Positions 49,228 through 57,873 are shown, numbered from the stretch's first letter. The stretch: 64,000 nt of DNA from Candidatus Dormiibacterota bacterium (GCA_963718525.1 OY970355.1:3072001-3136000), one strand, 5' to 3'. Made by a program: numbers and translations. Notes: generated by a model from the letters alone, not told the origin.

Positions 49228-51034
49228 TCTGCAGCCGCATCCGCCGGAGACCACGTTCGCCGGGTCGATCGAAGCGGACCTGGTCTCGCGTGGCGATCCC
49301 CACCAGATCATGGGGAGCCTGGTTCGTTTCGCGGCAGAGAACATCGATGTGGACCGCTGCACGCTCACCAGCCTGGACCAGGACGTCCTGCGGGTCGAGG
49401 CCAGCTACCAGCGCGGCGGCCCACCGGACTTCGTCGGGCACGAATACCCGCTGACCTGGCTGGCGAGGCAGCCATTGCTCCAGCAGGCGGTGGAGACCGG
49501 GTCGATCGTCCTCGGTGGCAGCCTCGGTCATGGTGGCAACGCCGATCCCGATCTCATCCCCGCATTGATTGCAATGCACCACACGGCCATCGTCCCGCTG
49601 TCCATCGGCGAGACGGTCGGCGCGGTGCTCATCCTCAGCCGGAGCAGCGACCGCCCATTCGTCCCCCACGAGCTGGCGGGTCTCCAGGAGGTCGGGCTCC
49701 TCGCGATCCTGGCCCTCCGCAACGCGCGCCTCGTCGAGCAAGTGCAGAGTGCGCAGAGTCGCGGCCTGGACTCCCTGACGCAGATGTCGCGCCACGTTGC
49801 CTCCAGCGTCGATCCGGCGACCTTCTTCGACAAGATGAGCGACACGATCGCTGGACTCGTCGGCGCGGAACGCGCGGGCTTCTGGCAGCTGACCGGGACG
49901 CAACTTGTGCCGATGCACCAGACGCCACCCAGCCCCGGCGACTCGCTGGACGCGCCGGAACGCCGCGTTCTCGATTCCGAAGGGGACCAGGACCTCGAGA
50001 AACTCCTGTTCTCGGGTCAGGCCCTGCGACACAGTGATGGTGACGCTGGCGCAGCGCGTGCGGATTCGCTGCTCACGCGGCTCGGGGCTCGAGACGTGCT
50101 CGCGGTTCCGTGGCGAACAGCCGCGGTTCCGCTGGGGATCCTGGCAGCCAGCAACTCCCAGTCGGGTTTCACCGATCAGGACGAATGGGTCATGCGTCTC
50201 GCCGCCCGCGCCTCTGCGCTCGTCTGGCAGGGCTATGCGGCGGAGCAGCGCGCCCAGGGGCTCCAGACGACCGAGTTGGACCGCCTCGAGGCACACGCAC
50301 ACCGCATGGCCGATCTCGAGCGCCAGAAATCAGAGTTCCTGCAACTGGCATCACACGAGCTCCGTGCACCGATCACCCTTGTGAGCGGCTACCTGTCGAT
50401 GCTCGAGGAGGGATCGCTCGGCGAGCTGCCCGAGCCAGCCGCGAAGGTTGTGCCGCTGATGACGGCGAGGATGCGGCATATGAGCCAACTCGTCGACCGC
50501 ATGTTGACGGCAAGCCGGATGGAGAATCGTGCTCGCGGCCAGAACGCCAAGGACGTCAGCGTTGCCGCGCTCGCGCGGGCCGTTGCGGCTTCGGCCGCGC
50601 ACTCGCCCGACGGCAGCTCACCCAGGGCAGTCCGCGTCAAGTCGGAGGGACGGGTCCGAATGCGTGTGGACCCGGAGCAGGTCGAGACGATCCTCGGCAA
50701 TCTCGTATCCAATGCGATCAAGTACTCCGCCGACGGCAGCGACGTGACAATCACCATTCGCGAGGAGCCGAGATGGGTGGCCGTCGAGGTCTCAGACCAC
50801 GGTGAGGGCATCCCCGAAGAAGACCTGCCAAAGCTGTTTCAGCCGTTCGGCCGGCTCTCGAAGGCGCTCGCCGCCGGCATCCCGGGCACGGGTCTCGGTC
50901 TGCACCTATCTCGCGGCTTGGCCCAAACCCTGGGCGGGGACATCGAGGTCACCTCTCGTCCGGGCGAAGGGAGTACATTCACGCTGCGCCTGCCGCGCGG
51001 ACGCAAAGGGCCAGCGGGGAGAATCCATGCCTGA
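49202..51034 (+). CDS. GAF-GAF sensor histidine kinase
   Basis: ASHELRAP, NAIKYS, GTGLGL; no TM segment; start uncertain. Confidence 0.92.
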   Translation: MTSSTFGSDLQPHPPETTFAGSIEADLVSRGDPHQIMGSLVRFAAENIDVDRCTLTSLDQDVLRVEASYQRGGPPDFVGHEYPLTWLARQPLLQQAVETGSIVLGGSLGHGGNADPDLIPALIAMHHTAIVPLSIGETVGAVLILSRSSDRPFVPHELAGLQEVGLLAILALRNARLVEQVQSAQSRGLDSLTQMSRHVASSVDPATFFDKMSDTIAGLVGAERAGFWQLTGTQLVPMHQTPPSPGDSLDAPERRVLDSEGDQDLEKLLFSGQALRHSDGDAGAARADSLLTRLGARDVLAVPWRTAAVPLGILAASNSQSGFTDQDEWVMRLAARASALVWQGYAAEQRAQGLQTTELDRLEAHAHRMADLERQKSEFLQLASHELRAPITLVSGYLSMLEEGSLGELPEPAAKVVPLMTARMRHMSQLVDRMLTASRMENRARGQNAKDVSVAALARAVAASAAHSPDGSSPRAVRVKSEGRVRMRVDPEQVETILGNLVSNAIKYSADGSDVTITIREEPRWVAVEVSDHGEGIPEEDLPKLFQPFGRLSKALAAGIPGTGLGLHLSRGLAQTLGGDIEVTSRPGEGSTFTLRLPRGRKGPAGRIHA

Positions 51035-51410
51035 TGGGTCACATGCGATACGGCTGTTGCTCGTCGACGACGATGCCGACGTCGCCAGCATGTACGAGCT
51101 GCAGCTGTCTGCTCACGGCTTCGACGTCATCAGGGCTAATTCCGGCAAGGAGGCCATTGATCGTGCCAGCACCGAGGCTCCTGATCTGATCTACCTCGAC
51201 CTCGGATTGCCGGAGATGCACGGGCTCGACGTCCTCAAGGAGTTGCGCTTGGATGCGCAGACGGCCGATATCCCAGTGGTCATCCTCACCAACTACAGCG
51301 AACCCGAGCTGATGGAGCGTGGCCGCCAGCTCGGAGCGCACGATTTTCTGATCAAAGCCCACACGCCGCCCGCCGCCCTCGCGGAAGCCACCCGAAGGTG
51401 GGTCTCGTGA
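51027..51410 (+). CDS. Single-domain response regulator
   Basis: LLVDDD, IYLDLGLP, ILTN, FLIK. Confidence 0.92.
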   Translation: MPDGSHAIRLLLVDDDADVASMYELQLSAHGFDVIRANSGKEAIDRASTEAPDLIYLDLGLPEMHGLDVLKELRLDAQTADIPVVILTNYSEPELMERGRQLGAHDFLIKAHTPPAALAEATRRWVS

Positions 51411-51769
51411 CTGATTCGACGTCTCCGGAGGATTCGGAGGCAGAACCCGATCACCAGGAGGCTCGAGAGGCAGCGCTCGATGCCGTGGAGCCGGTGCGCC
51501 TGCTTGAGGGCGAGGACGAGGACACCATGTATGTCGATGATGCCGTGCACTGGACGAAGGTGTACGCCGAGCTCCTTGACTTCAAGGCGAGCCTGCTGAC
51601 CGTTGCCGAGCATCGGCTGCCATCGATGGATGACGATGCCGAATCGGAGGTCAGGGAGACCGACCTCAAGGTGCTCAAGGCCGAGGCGGCTCGATTCGAG
51701 CGTCGCCTGGAGTTCTGGCGCGAGCGCGCTCGCGAGCTCAAGGCAGGCTCCGTTACCGATCCTCAATAA
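51407..51769 (+). CDS. Hypothetical acidic helical protein
   Basis: GTGA coupling to the receiver gene; DDAVHW..VY.ELL.FK...RRLEFW. Confidence 0.8.
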   Translation: MTDSTSPEDSEAEPDHQEAREAALDAVEPVRLLEGEDEDTMYVDDAVHWTKVYAELLDFKASLLTVAEHRLPSMDDDAESEVRETDLKVLKAEAARFERRLEFWRERARELKAGSVTDPQ

Positions 51770-51930
51770 ATCCAGGGGCGGCGGTTGCGCCACGTCACCG
51801 GGCGTCAACGCACGTATCGCAAACCATCTCATGGCGTCTCCGGCGTGACGCCGGTAGCGTCTGATTAGCCACGGGCGCCGGCGAACGAGGGTGGCCGCGT
51901 CCAGAGAGTGGGACTTGGAGGATTGGTGCC

Positions 51931-52680
51931 GTGCTGACTGTGGAGACTCCGCGAAAGGACACGAGCGCGCTCCGGCGCCTCGGTGCATTGCCCGCGACAG
52001 CGCTGTTCCGCCGCCGTGAGCAGGTCGCCCCGACGCCTCCTCCAGCATCGGGCATCGCCTGCACGATGCGTGGTTGCAGCAACGACACTGCCCAGCTATG
52101 TGCGTACCGTGATCGTCGCGACCGCTCCTGCACGGCCACGATCTGCCGTGCTCACGCGATCTCGCTTGGCGGCCGAACGTATTGCCGCCGGCACGCCGGC
52201 ACCGTGCAGGCGATCGGTGATCTGGCTCGGGACCAGAGTGCACACCCCGACGTCGACGACAGAGCTCCGTCGCTCGTGGACTGGATCGGCCGCGACATCG
52301 ACAGGGGCATCCGGACTCTGCTGGCGCGCGCCGCGCGCCCGGGCGAAAGCGTCATCGCCGATGAGGCTGCCCGGCTCGCCCACGACTTCCGCCGCAATGC
52401 CCGGTGGGAGCGGAGCTGGCGACTGATCGAGAGCACCGGCCCGATCCTCAACGTGACGCTGCACGTTGCGCAGGATGACGACTCGCTCGTGCACGTCAGG
52501 GTGGGAACCGAGGCGGTCGCGGACGGCGTACCTCCATGGATCGCCCGGCGCCGTGACGGGCAGGACGTCGAGGCAGCCATCGATATCTCCCAGCGACGGC
52601 TCTTCTACCGGTACCTCGAGGAGACGATCTCCGAGGCGGTGGCCCGGTTCCGCGACCGCTCCGATCGTATCGCCCAGTAG
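51931..52680 (+). CDS. Hypothetical protein with an N-terminal Cys/His-rich zinc-finger-like domain
   Basis: RBS GGAGG; C-x4-C-x7-C-x9-C-x4-C-x2-H-x9-C-x2-H. Confidence 0.8.
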   Translation: MLTVETPRKDTSALRRLGALPATALFRRREQVAPTPPPASGIACTMRGCSNDTAQLCAYRDRRDRSCTATICRAHAISLGGRTYCRRHAGTVQAIGDLARDQSAHPDVDDRAPSLVDWIGRDIDRGIRTLLARAARPGESVIADEAARLAHDFRRNARWERSWRLIESTGPILNVTLHVAQDDDSLVHVRVGTEAVADGVPPWIARRRDGQDVEAAIDISQRRLFYRYLEETISEAVARFRDRSDRIAQ

Positions 52681-52753
52681 GAGCGGCGGCGGGGGTCACC
52701 GCCCCTCGAACGCGAACGCCCCACCATGGCTGGAGCGTAGTGTGGTAGTATTA

Positions 52754-52772
52754 CTATCATCTTTTCTGATAG
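52754..52772. promoter_or_regulatory. Palindrome CTATCA-N7-TGATAG
   Basis: CTATCAtcttttcTGATAG overlapping extended -10 TGaTAGCTT. Confidence 0.75.
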
Positions 52773-52828
52773 CTTGTAGCCGACTCTTGCGCACGGTCGC
52801 CGGAGCGGTGCAGTCCGGAGGTAGCGCG

Positions 52829-53035
52829 TTGCCACGTAGATACAAGCCGGTCCATCTCGACGCAAAACCGGTCCCCGAGGCATGGCTGCAAGAGTTGGCA
52901 ACCTGCCCCCAGTGCGATTCCCGGCTGACCGAGGTGCTGGGGCGCATGGGCCTGCGTCTGCTGTTCCGCTGTGCGCAGTGCCGGGTCCGATTCTTCCGCC
53001 ACCCCAAGCCCACCGCAAGCGCGAGGTTCGTCTAG
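52829..53035 (+). CDS. Small CxxC..CxxC zinc-ribbon-like protein, copy 2
   Basis: TTG start after GGAGGT; TCPQCDSRLTEVLGRMGLRLLFRCAQC. Confidence 0.85.
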   Translation: MPRRYKPVHLDAKPVPEAWLQELATCPQCDSRLTEVLGRMGLRLLFRCAQCRVRFFRHPKPTASARFV

Positions 53036-53036
53036 C

Positions 53037-53381
53037 TCAGACCTTCACGTGCTCGACGTCGATCTCTGTCAGTTCGGCGGGACGCGGGACCCCATGCGCA
53101 TCGAGCAGCTGGAGACAGAGGATCAGGTAACGGGCGCTGATCAGATTGAGCCCGTATCCGCGAGTGAGTCGCTGAATCGCGCCAAGGGTGATGATGTCGC
53201 GCTGCGAGTACAGTCGACGGTTGCTGGCAGTCCGGCTGGGGACGACCAGGCCGAGATGCTCGTACATCATGAGCGTCCGCGTATGCGTGGCAAGGATTTC
53301 CGCCGTGATGCCGATCGTGTACAGGGGCTTGTCGAGGTTCAACATCTTGACCTCGCTGGTCGGAGCTGCCGCGCGTGTCAT
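53037..53381 (-). CDS. HspR/GlnR-like MerR family regulator, copy 2
   Basis: LDKPLYTIG...RTLMMYE...NRRLYSQRD...CLQLLDAHG. Confidence 0.9.
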   Translation of the reverse strand: MTRAAAPTSEVKMLNLDKPLYTIGITAEILATHTRTLMMYEHLGLVVPSRTASNRRLYSQRDIITLGAIQRLTRGYGLNLISARYLILCLQLLDAHGVPRPAELTEIDVEHVKV

Positions 53382-53401
53382 CTGTGACGACGAATCCGCA
53401 A

Positions 53402-54376
53402 CTACGCTGCGCGACGCCTGGCGTGCACGCGCAGGCGCACCACCGATCCCATCTCGCGCGACGAGCGCAGTTGCACGAGATCACAGAGCTGGTTGGCGGT
53501 CCAGAGGCCGCGTGCCCGAGTAGGATCCGCACCCGGCTGCTGCCGGTCGACAAGCGGGTCGCTGATCACGCCACGATCGGAGATCTCGCATACAACATCG
53601 CCATCGTCGAACCAGATCCGCGCGACGCCGCTCCCGGCGCCGTGGGTGACGCTGTTGGTTGCGACTTCGCTGACCGCGAGAATGAGGTCGTCAAGCCGTG
53701 CGGCGGAAAGCCCGGCGCGGGCGCCCTGAGTCGCGACCAGCGCGCGCAGTTCTCCGAGCGTGGCCGCTGTGAAGGACATCTCGGCGACGACCGTGGCGGG
53801 AGGCGCGAACGGCGATGAACGCGGAGCGCTTGGAGCCTGAAACTCCTCGCGACCACCGTCGCGTTCCGCCGAGACGGCCCCGCGGCTGTTGCCGATCACG
53901 GGGTGCGTCGTCCGCGCACCCTTGATGACTTCTGGATCGAGACCGGCGACGTCATATGGGCAGATCAGCCAGAAGCCTTGCACGCCGGCAAACGCCCGGT
54001 TGATGAGGGCCTCGTGCCACTGGCATTCCTCGAGGTGGACAGCAGAGCGACCAGGCCAGATCGGCTCGCCGACTCCGCGCATCCGCACGGCACCGGAGTG
54101 AGCGCCCGCGACAGCGAATTCATCCCACGCTGGAATGATCCGCGCGGGGTTCGCCCCGACGATCCGCATGTCGCGATATTCGACGAGCCCATCGTCGACG
54201 CCGCCGACACGCGCGCGGAGCGCGTCGATCTTGGGACCGCTGACCATCACCAGAGTCGGGTCCCCGGCGGCGATGCCATCGGTGATGAACTGCGCGACGT
54301 TTTCGACGAACTCGCTCTCATCTCTGTAGAAAACGGCCTCGTGGCGGAAGTCCGCGATGCTCGTGTTGCTGCTCAC
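53402..54376 (-). CDS. MEDS domain + RsbW-like HATPase (anti-sigma/Ser kinase)
   Basis: FRHEAVFY, NPARII, GEPIW, CPYD; SEVATNS..HG, DRG, RGLW. Confidence 0.9.
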   Translation of the reverse strand: MSSNTSIADFRHEAVFYRDESEFVENVAQFITDGIAAGDPTLVMVSGPKIDALRARVGGVDDGLVEYRDMRIVGANPARIIPAWDEFAVAGAHSGAVRMRGVGEPIWPGRSAVHLEECQWHEALINRAFAGVQGFWLICPYDVAGLDPEVIKGARTTHPVIGNSRGAVSAERDGGREEFQAPSAPRSSPFAPPATVVAEMSFTAATLGELRALVATQGARAGLSAARLDDLILAVSEVATNSVTHGAGSGVARIWFDDGDVVCEISDRGVISDPLVDRQQPGADPTRARGLWTANQLCDLVQLRSSREMGSVVRLRVHARRRAA

Positions 54377-55326
54377 CTCGCTCCCCCAGCTCCGGTGTCG
54401 GCTGGGGCTGCAGATGCGTTTCGCACGAGCCCGGCAGCGCTCATCGCTCGCTGAAGACGCGGCTGGATGCCGCGCAGCGTCACGTGTCCCGCAGCCTCGG
54501 CCGCGACGAGCATGCGCAGGCCGGCGACCGAGCAGAAGGTGACCGCGGAGAGATCGATGGTGACCGCAGGGTGGCTGCCCGTGGCGTTCTCGATCGCTTC
54601 GCCCAGCGCATCGATGTTCGCCTCGTCGATGCTTCCCACCAGACTCAGATTCGGGCCGTGGGAGTGCGAGATCAGCAACCCTGCGGTCGCCACGACATCA
54701 CCCTCATGCGCTCCCCCGAAACCCTCGGGTCGGAGGATCGAATCTTCGTCCGCCGACGGCAGGTCGAGGCGCGAGCTGTGCTGCCATTCGCCGAGCACGT
54801 GCGCGGCGCGCGCCGTGAGATCGATCGGTGAGTAGCCGATGTCGGCGATCCGATCCGCATACTTTGTGATGAACGCGCTGAACTCCGCCACAAACTCACG
54901 GACCACCGCCGCGAGCGCGGCTCGTGCTGCGCGATCATCCGCTGGGGCCGCGAGCGCGGCCGCCTTGGCAGTGATCAATTGCCTGAGCGAATCCGGGTAG
55001 AGCCGCTCGAACTCGGCGTTGAGCGTCCGCAGCACCTCGATCCGTCCCGGTCCCATCATCGCTAGCCAGCGCATCCTCTCGAGGTCGGAACCGAGTGCGC
55101 AGCGCGGGTAGAACTGATTCGTGGCGAGCTCGCCAACCATGAGATGTGCGCACGCGACATGCGTTCCGAGCGGCTTTCCATAGGAGGTGGCCGCGATGAA
55201 CTGCGCACGTTGAAACGCGGGGCAGTCGGGGCTCAAACTGTCGAAGCTAGGACCGAAACGGCACCGATCTCGTGGCTCCTGGTCCTTCGATGTGCGTGCC
55301 ATCTGGCGCTTGGAAAGAATGGCCAT
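54373..55326 (-). CDS. Cys-containing unknown domain fused to STAS (anti-anti-sigma-like)
   Basis: C-terminal GSIDEAN..IDLSAVTFCSVAGLRML; N-terminal C..CPAF..CAHL..YPRC; GTGA coupling to the MEDS gene. Confidence 0.8.
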   Translation of the reverse strand: MAILSKRQMARTSKDQEPRDRCRFGPSFDSLSPDCPAFQRAQFIAATSYGKPLGTHVACAHLMVGELATNQFYPRCALGSDLERMRWLAMMGPGRIEVLRTLNAEFERLYPDSLRQLITAKAAALAAPADDRAARAALAAVVREFVAEFSAFITKYADRIADIGYSPIDLTARAAHVLGEWQHSSRLDLPSADEDSILRPEGFGGAHEGDVVATAGLLISHSHGPNLSLVGSIDEANIDALGEAIENATGSHPAVTIDLSAVTFCSVAGLRMLVAAEAAGHVTLRGIQPRLQRAMSAAGLVRNASAAPADTGAGGAR

Positions 55327-55392
55327 CGAGCCAGCTCAGGCCGGCACGCGGTCGATCATGATAGTGAGTGTATACCGTGCGGCCAGCCGCCG

Positions 55393-55480
55393 AGAAGAGC
55401 TACCACCCCGGCCGGGGATGACCCCCGGCAGGGTGGGCTTTGGGGAGGGAAATTCGAATGCCGGTGGAATAATCCACCCA
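55393..55480 (-). ncRNA. Candidate sRNA 2, homologous to sRNA 1
   Basis: GGUGGA-UUAU-UCCACC hairpin, UUUCCCUCCCCAAAG linker, CCACCCUGCCGGGG..CCCCGGCCGGGGUGG hairpin, CUCUUCU. Confidence 0.55.
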
Positions 55481-55486
55481 GAGGTG

Positions 55487-55541
55487 ACTCTATCAGCCTG
55501 GTAGACCTGCTGTCAAGCAAACTTATAACATGGCTATACGG
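55487..55541 (-). promoter_or_regulatory. Promoter of candidate sRNA 2
   Basis: CCGTATAGC-N16-TTGACA-N18-TAGAGT on the minus strand. Confidence 0.65.
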
Positions 55542-55571
55542 ATAGTGATCTCGCCAGGTTCGCGCACGAGG

Positions 55572-55937
55572 CTAGGCATCACGGAGATGCACAGCTGCCT
55601 CCTCCGCGGGAGGCTCGTCGTCGACGTCGACACCGAGTGGGTCGGGCTCGGCGAGGGCGACACCGTCCTCTCCGGTCTCACCGTCGATCAATTCGGCTCG
55701 CTCCGGAAGGTTTGTTTCGACCGCTGAATCGGGTTCCTCCTCGGCGAGCCGCTCGTCGAGGGTCTCGCGGACGTCAGGATCGACGATGCGGCGCGCCGCG
55801 AGGTCCCGGGCGTCGGTCTCATCGCCGACCACCTCGGCTGGGTCCGGTTCGACGGCACCAGGGATCAATGCGTCGTCGTCCGGCACGTCGTTCGATGGCA
55901 GGTCTTCCGGGTGGGGGCCGGGGTTGTTCGAACTCAT
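55572..55937 (-). CDS. Acidic hypothetical protein (DUF5709-like)
   Basis: ETLDERLAEEEPD ... AEEAAVH motifs. Confidence 0.75.
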   Translation of the reverse strand: MSSNNPGPHPEDLPSNDVPDDDALIPGAVEPDPAEVVGDETDARDLAARRIVDPDVRETLDERLAEEEPDSAVETNLPERAELIDGETGEDGVALAEPDPLGVDVDDEPPAEEAAVHLRDA

Positions 55938-56041
55938 GGTGCTATGCAATCAGATCCATACGTGCCGGCGGGCCGTGCCGTCCGCCGGGGCCTCTTCAAT
56001 CAGGCTGCCACGCTGATACTCGCGCTCTATTCACATCCTTC

Positions 56042-56060
56042 CTATCAGTTTCGCTGATAA
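56042..56060. promoter_or_regulatory. Palindrome CTATCA-N7-TGATAA
   Basis: 7 nt upstream of the receiver GTG at 56068. Confidence 0.7.
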
Positions 56061-56067
56061 TAGCTTT

Positions 56068-56475
56068 GTGGACGACGACGTGAAGGTCCTGTTGATCGAG
56101 GACGACGCGGCTGCCGCCGAAATGTACCGGCTTCGGCTGGCCGCTGACGGCTACACAATCGTCATCGCGCGAGATGGCGAGGAAGGGTTGCGGATGGCCT
56201 CGGAAAACTCACCCGACTTCATCTATCTCGACCTGCGTCTGCCCGGGCTCGATGGCTTCGAGGTCCTCGAGCGGCTCAGGGGGGATCCGGCCACGACACA
56301 CATCCCGGTCATCATCCTCAGCAACTACGGCGAGCCGGAGTTGCGCGAGCGAGGCCTGAAGCTCGGAGCGCTGGAGTTCCTGGTCAAGGCGGACACGACA
56401 CCAGCGCAGCTGTCCACAAAGGTCGGGCAGTCCCGCGAGCCGCACGCGATCCCCTCGGGAGACGCGCCCCGCTGA
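56068..56475 (+). CDS. Single-domain response regulator, close paralog of 47680-48123
   Basis: DDVKVLLIEDD..AAEMYRLRL...PDFIYLDLRLPGLDG...FLVKADTTPAQL. Confidence 0.93.
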   Translation: MDDDVKVLLIEDDAAAAEMYRLRLAADGYTIVIARDGEEGLRMASENSPDFIYLDLRLPGLDGFEVLERLRGDPATTHIPVIILSNYGEPELRERGLKLGALEFLVKADTTPAQLSTKVGQSREPHAIPSGDAPR

Positions 56476-56491
56476 GGGTCTCCGTGTTGTG

Positions 56492-56522
56492 CCGGCGGCT
56501 GCCCCGGAGAGCCAGCCGCCGG
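56492..56522. terminator. GC hairpin between convergent genes
   Basis: CCGGCGGCTG-N11-CAGCCGCCGG. Confidence 0.6.
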
Positions 56523-56565
56523 ACTTCACGCCCCGTGCTTCAAACGGTGGGATCGGATATCGCTC

Positions 56566-56584
56566 CTATCCAAGTTCATGATAG
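56566..56584. promoter_or_regulatory. Palindrome variant CTATCC-N7-TGATAG
   Basis: One mismatch; overlaps a minus-strand TATCAT. Confidence 0.55.
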
Positions 56585-56613
56585 TGCTGCTGTACTGTTC
56601 GCCGCAACAAGCG

Positions 56614-57858
56614 CTAGGCGCCGTGGGGCACCGGCTCGGTGTGCACCCCCTCCTCCTCCACCGCTCCGACCTCTTCCCCGAGCCGGGGCAGGCTGTCGAC
56701 GCTGACCGAGTCGCCGGGGGTCGTGGTCATAGGCTCCTCACCGCGCCTGGCGCGGTAGAGGGCTCCCAGGAAAATGTTGCCCACGGCTGCGATGGGAACA
56801 GCGAAGAGCGCACCCAGGATTCCCGCCAGCTCGGCACCGACGAGCAGCGCCGCCATGGCCACCAGGGCGTGGAGGCGCGTCACCCGGCCGTAGATCCGAG
56901 GCCCGAGCAGGTACGCGTCGATGGCATGGCCGGCTAGGCCGATGCCGCCCGCGAAGAGTGCGAGTGCCGGACTCTGCACCAGGGCCACCAGAACGGCGAG
57001 CGCCATGGCCACCACCGCGCCGACGATGGGAATGAACTCCAGGAAGAACGCGGCAATGCCGATGAGAATCGCGTATCTGACGCCGATGAGAGTCAGCGCC
57101 ACCCCGGTGTACGTCCCGATGATGAACGACATCACCACCTGCCCGCGAACGTATGCGGCAACCGTCGATCCGATCGCGAGCGCCGCAAAGTCGAACTCGC
57201 GCTGATGATTGGGAGCGAGGTTGCGTGCAGTTGCGACCACCGCTCGTCCTTCGATGAGGAGGTAGATCGAGATGACCACCACCAGTACGACACTCACCAC
57301 TCCCGAGACGAACGCTGCGACAACGCCGAGTGCCACGCCGATCTGCTGACCGTTCAGGGTGTTGATCAACGATGTGAATGAGTAGGAAATCCCGTGCTGT
57401 CGCAATTGATTCTCGATCGTCGAGAGGAGCATCGGCAGCTGCTTCGCCTGCGCGATCACGGTCGGAAGCACCAGCACGATTGCGCCGGCAATGATCGCGA
57501 TCCCGACCCCGTAGAGCAGCAGCACCGCGAAGGAACGATGGCCGCGAAACGGTCGGATCCGCTCCATCGCGTCCACGAGCGGAGTCAGGATGAGTGCGAG
57601 GATTCCTGCGAAGACGAAGAGCAGCAGAACATTGAAGATGTGGACGAGGATGAATGCCGCACCTTCGAAGATCCAGATGAGCGCCAGGATGATCCCCAGC
57701 CATACCAACGCTTTCAGGGAGCGGCTTTCCCAGAGTTGGGAGCGCATCGACCGGCTCGCCGAGGCCGCCTGTGATCGTCGCGGCGTGGCGCCGTCCTTGG
57801 CCGCGCGCCGCCGAGCAGGTGACGAGGATGCGGTTCGCTTAGACGGAGACGTGCTCAA
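56614..57858 (-). CDS. AI-2E (PerM) family transporter
   Basis: YVRGQ, EFIPIVG, GALFAVP; multiple TM segments. Confidence 0.9.
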   Translation of the reverse strand: MSTSPSKRTASSSPARRRAAKDGATPRRSQAASASRSMRSQLWESRSLKALVWLGIILALIWIFEGAAFILVHIFNVLLLFVFAGILALILTPLVDAMERIRPFRGHRSFAVLLLYGVGIAIIAGAIVLVLPTVIAQAKQLPMLLSTIENQLRQHGISYSFTSLINTLNGQQIGVALGVVAAFVSGVVSVVLVVVISIYLLIEGRAVVATARNLAPNHQREFDFAALAIGSTVAAYVRGQVVMSFIIGTYTGVALTLIGVRYAILIGIAAFFLEFIPIVGAVVAMALAVLVALVQSPALALFAGGIGLAGHAIDAYLLGPRIYGRVTRLHALVAMAALLVGAELAGILGALFAVPIAAVGNIFLGALYRARRGEEPMTTTPGDSVSVDSLPRLGEEVGAVEEEGVHTEPVPHGA

Positions 57859-57873
57859 GGTTGAAGCTGTAGA

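Noticed and set aside
48486-52772. TATCA-N7-TGATA as lambda-like operators, implying a prophage
   Set aside because: The inner lambda consensus is absent and there are no Cro/CI, integrase or structural genes
48883-53381. Naming the MerR genes hspR or glnR
   Set aside because: No chaperone or glnA context, no HAIR motif seen, different recognition helix and C-terminus
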